NCBI GenBank assembly: GCA_021777565.1
Contig: JAJYDJ010000001.1
Span: 248,856 to 312,855 of the forward strand
DNA from: a bacterium
GTDB lineage: Bacteria; Patescibacteriota; Microgenomatia; Levybacterales; UBA12049
Direction of reading: 5' to 3'
DNA length: 64,000 bases
Shown: positions 57,289 through 64,000 of the stretch, piece after piece
How the letters are laid out: every line of letters starts with the position of its first letter
Numbering within the stretch: the stretch's first letter is position 1
Position numbers and translations under genes: made by a program
Notes under the pieces: model-generated
What the model saw: only the letters and a program-made list of their open reading frames with translations
Database searches by the model: none
Told to the model about the DNA's origin: nothing

Positions 57289-57371
57289 GCGGATGTGGTG
57301 AAATGGTATACACGCTACCTTGAGGTGGTAGTGCTCGAAAGGGCGTGGAGGTTCAAGTCCTCTCATCCGCA
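57289..57371 (+). tRNA. tRNA-Leu (anticodon GAG)
   Basis: GCGGATGTGGTGAAATGGTATACACGCTACCTTGAGGTGGTAGTGCTCGAAAGGGCGTGGAGGTTCAAGTCCTCTCATCCGCA. Anticodon loop TTGAGGT; long variable arm. Confidence 0.85.
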
Positions 57372-57386
57372 CCGTTCCTTACGTAA

Positions 57387-57463
57387 GGATCCATAGCTCA
57401 GCTGGTTAGAGCGTCTGTTTTACACACAGAAGGTCAGAGGTCCGAATCCTCTTGGATCCACCA
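57387..57463 (+). tRNA. tRNA-Val (anticodon TAC)
   Basis: GGATCCATAGCTCAGCTGGTTAGAGCGTCTGTTTTACACACAGAAGGTCAGAGGTCCGAATCCTCTTGGATCCACCA. Anticodon loop TTTACAC; CCA encoded. Confidence 0.85.
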
Positions 57464-57490
57464 ATCAGGATTGGTACAATAAAATAGTTC

Positions 57491-57563
57491 GCCGAGGTAG
57501 CCAAGGTGGTCAAGGCACCTGTCTGAAGAACAGGCTATATCAGTTCGACTCTGATCCTCGGCA
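57491..57563 (+). tRNA. tRNA-Phe (anticodon GAA)
   Basis: GCCGAGGTAGCCAAGGTGGTCAAGGCACCTGTCTGAAGAACAGGCTATATCAGTTCGACTCTGATCCTCGGCA. Anticodon loop CTGAAGA. No CCA. Confidence 0.7.
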
Positions 57564-57852
57564 CAGCACTTCTTGCTCTTCTGATAATTTCCTCTCTATA
57601 CTATTAGTATGATAGTCAAAAGAAAAAATGGCTATTATGTCCTCTCTGAAAAGACCAGACGTAATTTGGGTGGCCCATATGCAACGCGAGAAGAGGCTGT
57701 AAAACGGCTGCGACAGGTGGAATTCTTCAAATATCGCACAAAATAGCAATTTTTATATAGTTTGATCTACTTTGTACTCTTTTCTTTCGTAAATTTTACT
57801 GGTATACTACCTTTATCTTAGTAATAAGATATATCTCGCAAGAGATGCAAAG

Positions 57853-57877
57853 AGGACTCCGCAAGGGGTCTTTTTTG
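57853..57877 (+). terminator. Rho-independent terminator (+ strand hairpin GACUCC-GCAA-GGGGUC plus U6), directly abutting the stop of the minus-strand FMN reductase gene
   Basis: aggactccgcaaggggtcttttttgtg. Stem includes one G-U pair. Confidence 0.55.
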
Positions 57878-57880
57878 TGT

Positions 57881-58462
57881 TTATTTTGAAGGAGTTGTTA
57901 ATTCTTCGCGGATGGGCTTGAGCTTCTCAGCCCAGAAGACAAGTTGTTCGACAAGTCCATCGCCACTTTTTTCAATAAGTGAAAAATCATACTGTCCTTG
58001 GTCATTGAGATGGCTCCAGTACAGAGGCATATGGACATTGTTACGCATTGGGTGCATTTGTAACTCCAGTAAAACTTCTTTCAGTTGTTGCACTGCTCTC
58101 GTTCCCCCGGCTGGTCCCCCATAACTAATAAAGGCTGCTGGTTTATGATTCCATTCTTTATATACATAATCAAGAGCATTTTTTAATACAGCACTATATC
58201 CATGATTATATTCTGGAGTGATAAAAATATACCCATCCCCTTCTGCAACCTTTTGGGTCCACTTCACTACTTCTGGGTTGGTAAAAGGTGTTGGCGACGA
58301 ATTAGGTGATGCTGGTTCTTCAAAAAATGGCAGTGGATAGTCTCTCAGGTCAAGAAGTTCTGCATCAATCCCTTTCTCCTGAAGCTTTTTCACGATCCAG
58401 TTACCTGGTTGTTCAGAAAATCTTTTTTGTCTGGTACTTCCGAGAATGACTTGAATTTTCAT
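57881..58462 (-). CDS. NAD(P)H-dependent FMN reductase (flavodoxin-like fold)
   Basis: MKIQVILGSTRQKRFSE N-terminus typical of NADPH-dependent FMN reductases. 193 aa. Confidence 0.7.
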   Translation of the reverse strand: MKIQVILGSTRQKRFSEQPGNWIVKKLQEKGIDAELLDLRDYPLPFFEEPASPNSSPTPFTNPEVVKWTQKVAEGDGYIFITPEYNHGYSAVLKNALDYVYKEWNHKPAAFISYGGPAGGTRAVQQLKEVLLELQMHPMRNNVHMPLYWSHLNDQGQYDFSLIEKSGDGLVEQLVFWAEKLKPIREELTTPSK

Positions 58463-58514
58463 AGGTTCTCTATTAGAATAATCCCACTACTTTGTTTTGT
58501 AAAGTAGTTACCTT

Positions 58515-58814
58515 TTGGAAAGTATGGAATGCGGTGTATCAAAAACAATGAAAATCTTAGGGAGTAAGTGGACAGGCATGATCCTCTACTATCTGCTGGA
58601 TGGAACTAGGAGATTTGGTGAATTAGAAAGATTTTTAGTAGGCATCAGCCCAAAGACACTTGCCCTTCGTTTACAAGAATTAGAGTCAGAAGGAATTGTG
58701 GTAAAGAAAGTATTTGCTGAAGTTCCCCTCCATGTTGAGTACTCTCTTACTGAAAAAGGAAAATCATTAAGTGACATTTTTCGCCACATGGAATTGTGGG
58801 ATAAACAACATTAA
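58515..58814 (+). CDS. HxlR-family winged-helix transcriptional regulator
   Basis: CGVSKTMKILGSKWTGMILYYLLDGTRRFGEL matches the HxlR N-terminal consensus (CPV..tL.liGgKW). Divergent from the FMN reductase gene. Confidence 0.75.
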   Translation: MESMECGVSKTMKILGSKWTGMILYYLLDGTRRFGELERFLVGISPKTLALRLQELESEGIVVKKVFAEVPLHVEYSLTEKGKSLSDIFRHMELWDKQH

Positions 58815-58883
58815 CCTCCTGTCAGCATAGATTCATAAATCTGTGATATAACATACATATACAATGAGAAAGGGGGTGAGATT

Positions 58884-59639
58884 ATGATAAAGCAAACCAT
58901 ACTTACAGGCTTGTTTGTTACTATTCTTTCTGGATCTCTGGTCGGTACCGCATTTGCTCAATCTGTTACCCCTGAGTTAGGGAAACCTCTCAGAGGTGCG
59001 GCACGAAATGCAACAACGCTTGATACACTTTGTACCAATGCGATCAATCAACGACTTACCTCACTCAACACGATAAAAACGAGAGTGAGTAATCTCGTAA
59101 AGCTATCTGACACACAAAAACAGCAATTTACCAGTGAGATCACAACTGATATCACTGCATTGCAGGCACTGCAAACACAATGTACGACTGATTTCAATGC
59201 AGGTAACACAACAGCCCTCAAGACTGATTATCACGACATCTTTACTCAGTACCGTATCTACGCAATCTTTATCCCACAGGTTGACCTGTTGGCAGCAGCA
59301 GATACGATGAGTGTTACTGCGACAAAGCTGTCTGACTTTGCAACAAAGTTACAAAGTCGTATTCAGTCCGCAGGTAGTCCAAGTAATCTGACGTCACTGT
59401 TGAGTGATATGCAGGCAAAGATTAGTGATGCCAATACACAGGTGAATACGATTAATTCATCAGTAACATCACTTACTCCACAAAGCTATAACACAGATCC
59501 GGGTGGTTCTAGTGCCACGATGAAAAGTGCTCGCGCTGATCTGAAGACCGGTCGAGCGGATCTTGATACTGCGTGGAAAGATGCCAAGCAGATCTTACAA
59601 GGATTAAAAGTCACGCTTACTCCAACTCCTGGTAGTTAG
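58884..59639 (+). CDS. Secreted alpha-helical/coiled-coil protein of unknown function (Thr/Gln/Ser-rich)
   Basis: Sec signal MIKQTILTGLFVTILSGSLVGTAFA|QS. Heptad-like Thr/Gln/Leu-rich body. 251 aa. Confidence 0.5.
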   Translation: MIKQTILTGLFVTILSGSLVGTAFAQSVTPELGKPLRGAARNATTLDTLCTNAINQRLTSLNTIKTRVSNLVKLSDTQKQQFTSEITTDITALQALQTQCTTDFNAGNTTALKTDYHDIFTQYRIYAIFIPQVDLLAAADTMSVTATKLSDFATKLQSRIQSAGSPSNLTSLLSDMQAKISDANTQVNTINSSVTSLTPQSYNTDPGGSSATMKSARADLKTGRADLDTAWKDAKQILQGLKVTLTPTPGS

Positions 59640-59659
59640 TAAGTACGTGAGAAAGGAAA

Positions 59660-59693
59660 AGCCGTCTTCTTGTTACGAGAGGGCGGTTTTTTT
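59660..59693 (+). terminator. Rho-independent terminator (hairpin CCGUCUUC...GAGAGGGCGG plus U7), bidirectional position between convergent genes
   Basis: gccgtcttcttgttacgagagggcggttttttt directly after the 58884..59639 stop. The minus gene 59705..60022 stops 12 nt beyond it. Confidence 0.5.
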
Positions 59694-59704
59694 ATGGAGA
59701 ATTT

Positions 59705-60022
59705 TTATTGTTGAGGGACGTCAAGTGATGAGTTATTACTGTCCTGAATGGTAGTATTTTGATCTTGCTGGAGCTTGTTCATGCTATTTTGAATATCTTG
59801 TGAGTCTTTGTTGAGCTGCTGATTACTGGTATCGGTAGTGTTGGATAGTCCCCCAGCATTGGTCGCCGATGGAGATGGTTGATTCATCTGTTGTGACGGG
59901 GCAGGCGTCATGGTTGGGAGGGATTTTGCATAGTAGTGGTGCCATACTTTGTAGCCTGCGTAGCCACCGACACCGAGGACAACTATTACTGCAAGCACAA
60001 TAAATAGTGATCTAGATTGCAT
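59705..60022 (-). CDS. Hypothetical small bitopic protein (N-terminal TM, Gln/Asn/Ser-rich tail)
   Basis: MQSRSLFIVLAVIVVLGVGGYAGYKVW TM, then a low-complexity polar tail. 105 aa. Confidence 0.4.
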   Translation of the reverse strand: MQSRSLFIVLAVIVVLGVGGYAGYKVWHHYYAKSLPTMTPAPSQQMNQPSPSATNAGGLSNTTDTSNQQLNKDSQDIQNSMNKLQQDQNTTIQDSNNSSLDVPQQ

Positions 60023-60092
60023 ATATATGTTGTAACAGGTGGAATTTGAGTTGTCAATAAAGGTGAATTCTTGGTATAATGACCTTACCCAC

Positions 60093-60167
60093 GCGGGCGT
60101 AGTTCACCGGTAGAACGTCTCCTTGCCAAGGAGAAGGTAGTGGGTTCGATCCCCATCGCCCGCTCCA
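60093..60167 (+). tRNA. tRNA-Gly (anticodon GCC)
   Basis: GCGGGCGTAGTTCACCGGTAGAACGTCTCCTTGCCAAGGAGAAGGTAGTGGGTTCGATCCCCATCGCCCGCTCCA. Anticodon loop TTGCCAA; CCA encoded. Confidence 0.85.
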
Positions 60168-60187
60168 AAGAATAAAGCATATTTCAA

Positions 60188-60466
60188 CTATGCCTTCTTT
60201 GCAGATTGTATCTCCTTATACCACTTCGCTATCCAGCTATTGATATACTCTAGTTTCTTGGGATCATTATCTTGCCAATAGAACTTATCAGAAAGAATAT
60301 CAATCTTTGTAATATACTCACCTGGGAGTACGTTAAAGTATGAGAGGTATTTTCTAAGTTTATCTGGTAAATCTTGTAAGGTTATGCGTTTCTCAAAGCA
60401 ATCGACAATCGCCTGATCAACGATTTGTTGAATCTTGAATATTTCATCTTTAGTAACATTATCCAT
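60188..60466 (-). CDS. Hypothetical protein (92 aa, AT-rich)
   Basis: ORF only. No recognisable motif. Codon-plausible, Lys/Ile/Asp/Tyr-rich. Confidence 0.35.
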   Translation of the reverse strand: MDNVTKDEIFKIQQIVDQAIVDCFEKRITLQDLPDKLRKYLSYFNVLPGEYITKIDILSDKFYWQDNDPKKLEYINSWIAKWYKEIQSAKKA

Positions 60467-60522
60467 ATGTTAATAATAACAAAAAAAGAATAGTGATCAT
60501 GTTTGAAAAGGAGATGAGGGGG

Positions 60523-61299
60523 TTACACTACTTCTTCAAATACTCTCTGAGTGTGGTGGGGCTCATATTGGTATCTGAACCACCTAATGCCATATTGTGG
60601 ACAGATTTCATGCTCAAGCGCATTTCTCAGTTCTTCATCTACTATCGCTTTTTGGTCTTCGCGAGACATCCCTCGTGGCGTTCTGGCCTTGACCCTTCTT
60701 TCGACTTCATTGTTCCAGTACACAATTCTCTCATCTATTTCTTGTTTTGTGAGTTTGGGTGAGTTGGGCCCTCTGAAGAGAAGATGCCAGTCATCCAGAC
60801 AAGCGACCCCAATAGACGTGTGCGCCTCAGGATAGGAATCTGGTGACAAAAGTAAGGTAAAGATATCTTTAGCAGATGGAGCTCCTAAGGTGCTTCTAGA
60901 ATGTGGGTGTGGGACCTGAGCCACGAGTCGGTTCTGTCGTCTCATGATGTCAGTACTTGTAGGATCAATGATTTGCACATCTAATGCCTCGAGGGTGACT
61001 CTACTCCGTATCCCCCACACCGGCGGTAGATCCAGGTCTGGCTCTACGGTAAATGTCCCATCGGTATTGACATAAAATGCCCTATAACATTCTCTCATCT
61101 CCGGATCAGAGAAGGATTCCCTGACAAGCTCCAAATAGATCGCACCCAACGAACCCGCCTGGATGCGATGTGTATTAGCATCAAGGACTCTACCCGGGGT
61201 GAGGGATGTCTGGACAAGTACTTCCTGTAGTGTTGGGATTTGGCCGGTAGATTCCTGAGATTCTGGGTGACCATCATGCCCATCTGGTGACTGCATCAT
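60523..61299 (-). CDS. Hypothetical protein (258 aa)
   Basis: ORF only. No recognisable motif. Immediately upstream, on the minus strand, lies the giant repeat protein gene. Confidence 0.4.
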   Translation of the reverse strand: MMQSPDGHDGHPESQESTGQIPTLQEVLVQTSLTPGRVLDANTHRIQAGSLGAIYLELVRESFSDPEMRECYRAFYVNTDGTFTVEPDLDLPPVWGIRSRVTLEALDVQIIDPTSTDIMRRQNRLVAQVPHPHSRSTLGAPSAKDIFTLLLSPDSYPEAHTSIGVACLDDWHLLFRGPNSPKLTKQEIDERIVYWNNEVERRVKARTPRGMSREDQKAIVDEELRNALEHEICPQYGIRWFRYQYEPHHTQRVFEEVV

Positions 61300-61341
61300 T
61301 CAGGGGATTTTATCCTATATTTATCGAAAAGGCAAATGCCC

Positions 61342-64000
61342 TTATGGTGCTTGTCTGTCGTCTTGCCAGGTGCGGACGTAATCCCAATTAGCCGTAATGG
61401 CGCCATCTCCCCCATTCTCGACTTTAAGATAGATATCCATAGGACTTGTGGCTCCCGGCTGATTGGAAGTAGTTGCCACACGAGTTATCGTTGTCCCATC
61501 ATCTACGGTACAAATAGTCTCGGGAGTTGATCCACTTCTCACCTCTACCCTCAGACGGTACCAGGTGCTCGTGTTAATCGTTACTCCCGTTGTTGTGTAG
61601 TTGTCTGTTGCACCACCGTCGTCGGTAATACATTGCCACTGGGTATCAGTGGAGCGCTTCCCGATGTAGGCATGGTGGGTACTTGCATTGGTATCTCCCC
61701 CATAGGCAACTTTTGTATTGGTAAATCCTGCATAAATTCGTGCATTGGTTGTATTACTGAGTGAAAGTTTGGTCTCAAAAACTGGATTGTTGCCTCTCTG
61801 ATAGAATCCATTTGATAGTGTTGCTTGTGTACTGAGGTCACACCCTCGGCCTGCAGTGGTAGAAGTCGTAAATTGCAGAATGCCATTCAATCCTGCGGTA
61901 CCGGTGATAAAGGTAGCTGAACAGGTGTTCCCCGCACCACTGGTACTGATGGCTTGCCATTTGGTAGTTGTGTCTAGTGCTCTTCCCATGAAGTCATCTC
62001 CAAAGGTATTCATATTTGGCCAGTCAATCATGCCATGCTGCAATTCGACATCCAAATAGCCAGTGCCACCGTTTTTCAGGTTAAGTGTTGTAAAGTTATT
62101 CTGTGCTGTACTTGCGACATTGCCAATATTTGCATTGACATAACTAGTAGTGTTCGCAGGAGAACCTTCTACTGTATTTAAAGTCAAAGCACCTGATGCA
62201 AGCGTAAATCCATTGGATGCAGTCAAAAGTCCTGCGGAGGTAATCGTGCCAGTGCCGGTCGTAGAGATATTCGTGGTGGTACTATTTCCCCTCGTAGTCA
62301 CACTCTGGAGAGTATCTGCCTCAGTGGAGGTTATTGTCATGGTGGATCCTGAACCAGTTACAGCGGTGATACCTGATCCCAAGATAGTGAGCGTTCCCCC
62401 CAGGGATACGCTCGCAGTCCCTGAATTGCCAGCAACAGTTAGTCCTGAGTTTTGCAAATTAGCATTGGTGATGCCAGCTGTACCTGAAAGGTTTGCATTG
62501 GTGAGTCCGGATATAGTGTTGCTCCCTGCGGCAATTATTTTGTTAGTTAACGTACCACTACTGGTAAGACCTACCAAGGTATCTGAAGCATTTGGAAGTG
62601 TAAATGCCGTGCTGTCTGTCCCACTAAGTGAAAAAGAGTTATTCACCGTAAATGTTTTCCCAGCAGCAAGAGACAACGTGTTCGTGCCGTTGTTGGTAAT
62701 AGTAAGTCCGTTGATAGTAGTAAATGCAGGTGTTGCAGAGGTGGCAAACGTAACGCCACCAGTGCCATTATTGTTGGTCGTCATATTTGTCCCTGCGGTA
62801 AGGGTGACTGTCCCCCCTTGAGCGATTGATGAATCCGATCCTGTTGATGCTTTCAGGCCAAAAAGTGTCCCACCACTCGTCAGACACGTAGGGCATGAAA
62901 GTGAGAGAGATCCTCCAAGAGCGACCAATCCTCCCCCACTGAGTGGCCCAGAGGTGCTAACGGTGAGTGACGAGTTTTGCAAATTAGCATTCGTGATACC
63001 AGCCGTGCCCGAGAGATTAGAGTTTGTCAGCCCTGAGATCGTGTTACTTCCTGCGGCAATGGTTTTATTGGTCAGCGTGTCGTTACTTGCTAGTCCTACT
63101 AGCGTATCGGAGGCACTGGGAAGGGTGAAGGTTGTTCCGTCCGTGCCGGTAAAGGTAAGTGAGCGGTTGACCGTGAGTGTTTTGCCCGCGGCGATAGCAA
63201 GGGTATTTGTTCCATTATTTGTGATTGTTAAGCCATTAATAGTAGTGAAGGTTGGAGTTGTGGAAGTGGCGAACGTGATGGTACCGGCACCATTATTTGT
63301 TGTCGTGATGTTTGTGCCTGAAGCAAGTGAAAGCGTGCCTCCCATATCTATGCTCGAGTTTGCCCCTGAGGAAGCGATGGCAGTGAAAAGTGCACCAGAG
63401 CTGGTCAGACAGGTGGGGCATGAGAGTGTCAGTGATCCACCCAGAGATACAGTACCTCCGCCACTTAATGGTCCGGATGTGTTGACGGTAAGTGATGAGT
63501 TTAAAAGATTGGCGTTGGTAATGCCTGCTGTCCCTGAAAGATTAGCATTAGTTATACCAGAAATAGTGTTGCTGCCAGCAGCGATTGTTTTATTAGACAA
63601 AATATTTGATGATGAGGCCGTTGTGTAGCCACTATCATTGTTCCATTGTGAAACTGCGTTTGACCCGAAGTTAGTAACCGTCAGTCCACTGATGGCAGTA
63701 TTGGTCACGTTCGTAACTCGTCCTCTGGCATCAGTCGTAAAGACCGGAATACTACTGCCTGCACCATAGGTTCCAGCAGTCCCTACGGGTTTGAGCGCGA
63801 CACTCCCTGTCGCATCAACAGTTATATCCCCACTGAGTGCTTGAGAAACCCAGGCAGTCCCACTGCCGACAAGGATATTGCCTGTACTTGCGGTCGTAGT
63901 GCCTAACACTGCTCCACGAATATTACTCACAATACTTGCACCCGGTGTCCCTGTCACATCACCATTAAAGTTCACTGACGCAGGGGTCTGCCACGAAGGG
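61342..64000 (-). CDS. Very large Thr/Gly/Ser/Asn-rich tandem-repeat surface protein with C-terminal ConA-like/LamG-like lectin domain (N-terminus beyond the window end)
   Basis: More than 880 aa open to the window edge. Three ~175-aa repeats (NKTIAAGSNTISGLTNANLSGTAGITNANLQNSSLTV...SCPTCLTSGG...). C-terminal about 230 aa rich in beta-strand pattern (YRLRVEVRSG..., WDYVRTW) resembling a jelly-roll lectin/glucanase domain. Confidence 0.7.
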   Translation of the reverse strand, partial: PSWQTPASVNFNGDVTGTPGASIVSNIRGAVLGTTTASTGNILVGSGTAWVSQALSGDITVDATGSVALKPVGTAGTYGAGSSIPVFTTDARGRVTNVTNTAISGLTVTNFGSNAVSQWNNDSGYTTASSSNILSNKTIAAGSNTISGITNANLSGTAGITNANLLNSSLTVNTSGPLSGGGTVSLGGSLTLSCPTCLTSSGALFTAIASSGANSSIDMGGTLSLASGTNITTTNNGAGTITFATSTTPTFTTINGLTITNNGTNTLAIAAGKTLTVNRSLTFTGTDGTTFTLPSASDTLVGLASNDTLTNKTIAAGSNTISGLTNSNLSGTAGITNANLQNSSLTVSTSGPLSGGGLVALGGSLSLSCPTCLTSGGTLFGLKASTGSDSSIAQGGTVTLTAGTNMTTNNNGTGGVTFATSATPAFTTINGLTITNNGTNTLSLAAGKTFTVNNSFSLSGTDSTAFTLPNASDTLVGLTSSGTLTNKIIAAGSNTISGLTNANLSGTAGITNANLQNSGLTVAGNSGTASVSLGGTLTILGSGITAVTGSGSTMTITSTEADTLQSVTTRGNSTTTNISTTGTGTITSAGLLTASNGFTLASGALTLNTVEGSPANTTSYVNANIGNVASTAQNNFTTLNLKNGGTGYLDVELQHGMIDWPNMNTFGDDFMGRALDTTTKWQAISTSGAGNTCSATFITGTAGLNGILQFTTSTTAGRGCDLSTQATLSNGFYQRGNNPVFETKLSLSNTTNARIYAGFTNTKVAYGGDTNASTHHAYIGKRSTDTQWQCITDDGGATDNYTTTGVTINTSTWYRLRVEVRSGSTPETICTVDDGTTITRVATTSNQPGATSPMDIYLKVENGGDGAITANWDYVRTWQDDRQAP
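62150..63650. repeat. Intragenic tandem direct repeats (about 520-540 nt period, about 3 copies, diverged) inside the giant surface-protein gene
   Basis: The antisense ORFs 62150..62821 and 62954..63628 are near-identical shadows (EFCKLALVMPAVPERFALVSPDIVLLPAAI / EFCKLAFVIPAVPERLEFVSPEIVLLPAAM / EFKRLALVMPAVPERLALVIPEIVLLPAAI), revealing the repeat at nucleotide level. Confidence 0.7.

Noticed and set aside
60523-61299. Attempt to assign the 258-aa protein as a reverse transcriptase or integrase (which would support a DGR or mobile element next to tRNA-Gly)
   Set aside because: No YxDD, integrase R-H-R-Y or recombinase motifs could be found by eye. Kept as hypothetical.
62150-63628. + strand ORFs 62150..62821 and 62954..63628 (Val/Pro/Leu-rich, near-identical to each other)
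   Set aside because: They are antisense shadows of the tandem repeats of the giant minus-strand protein. Their mutual similarity simply mirrors the coding repeats. They were used only as evidence for the repeat.
62150-63650. Possible CRISPR array, because of regularly spaced repeated sequence
   Set aside because: Repeat period is about 520-540 nt (not 25-40 nt repeats with 30-40 nt spacers). The repeats are diverged and lie inside a continuous ORF. No cas genes are present in the window.

Overview
The window is a gene-dense, mostly housekeeping stretch of a small-genome, apparently monoderm bacterium (standard genetic code, long uninterrupted ORFs). Short or overlapping gene junctions and shortened core proteins (holB, tig, thrS, PDT-only pheA) are consistent with a reduced-genome lineage such as CPR/Patescibacteria; that placement is inference, not proven. 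From 5' to 3' it contains: a partial folD; a sparsely coded 1.8 kb stretch; a minus-strand peptidoglycan precursor block murA-murC-murB-murE-murD; a His-rich membrane protein; gyrA-ppa-gyrB; murF; a short holB. Next comes a 12.4 kb type IV pilus locus on the + strand (pilB, pilT, pilC, major prepilin, pilD, eight further prepilin-like genes, pilM/N/O; no secretin). A minus-strand housekeeping run follows (trmD, KH protein, rpsP, rnc, nusB, rpmF, recG, tyrS, PDT-only pheA-like), then a class A PBP and a small accessory patch (hydrolase, Zn-ADH, zinc-ribbon protein, and an AT-rich 432-aa protein with an Rx4H HEPN-like motif that is translationally coupled to pheT). After that: pheT-pheS, rplT-rpmI-infC-thrS, HD and GNAT proteins, an EamA transporter, trigger factor, and seven tRNA genes (Val-GAC, Leu-TAG, Leu-CAG, Leu-GAG, Val-TAC, Phe-GAA, Gly-GCC). 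Two paralogous secreted glucosaminidase-like (GH73-like) proteins lie between two tRNA-Leu genes. A three-gene glycosylation module (GT2 polyprenyl-P-sugar synthase-like + SAM-MTase + GT-C membrane transferase) follows, then an FMN-reductase/HxlR divergent pair and a secreted coiled-coil protein. Downstream of tRNA-Gly are two hypothetical genes and a very large (>880 aa, truncated by the window end) Thr/Gly/Ser-rich tandem-repeat surface protein with a C-terminal lectin/ConA-like domain. No CRISPR array, transposase, integrase or rRNA was seen. The most interesting candidates are the HEPN-like orphan gene, the expanded pilin set with a Cys-rich tip-adhesin-like pilin, the GH73 pair between tRNA-Leu genes, the GT2/MTase/GT-C module, the His-rich membrane protein and the giant repeat/lectin protein. 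All family calls come from reading motifs by eye and need HMM or structure confirmation.
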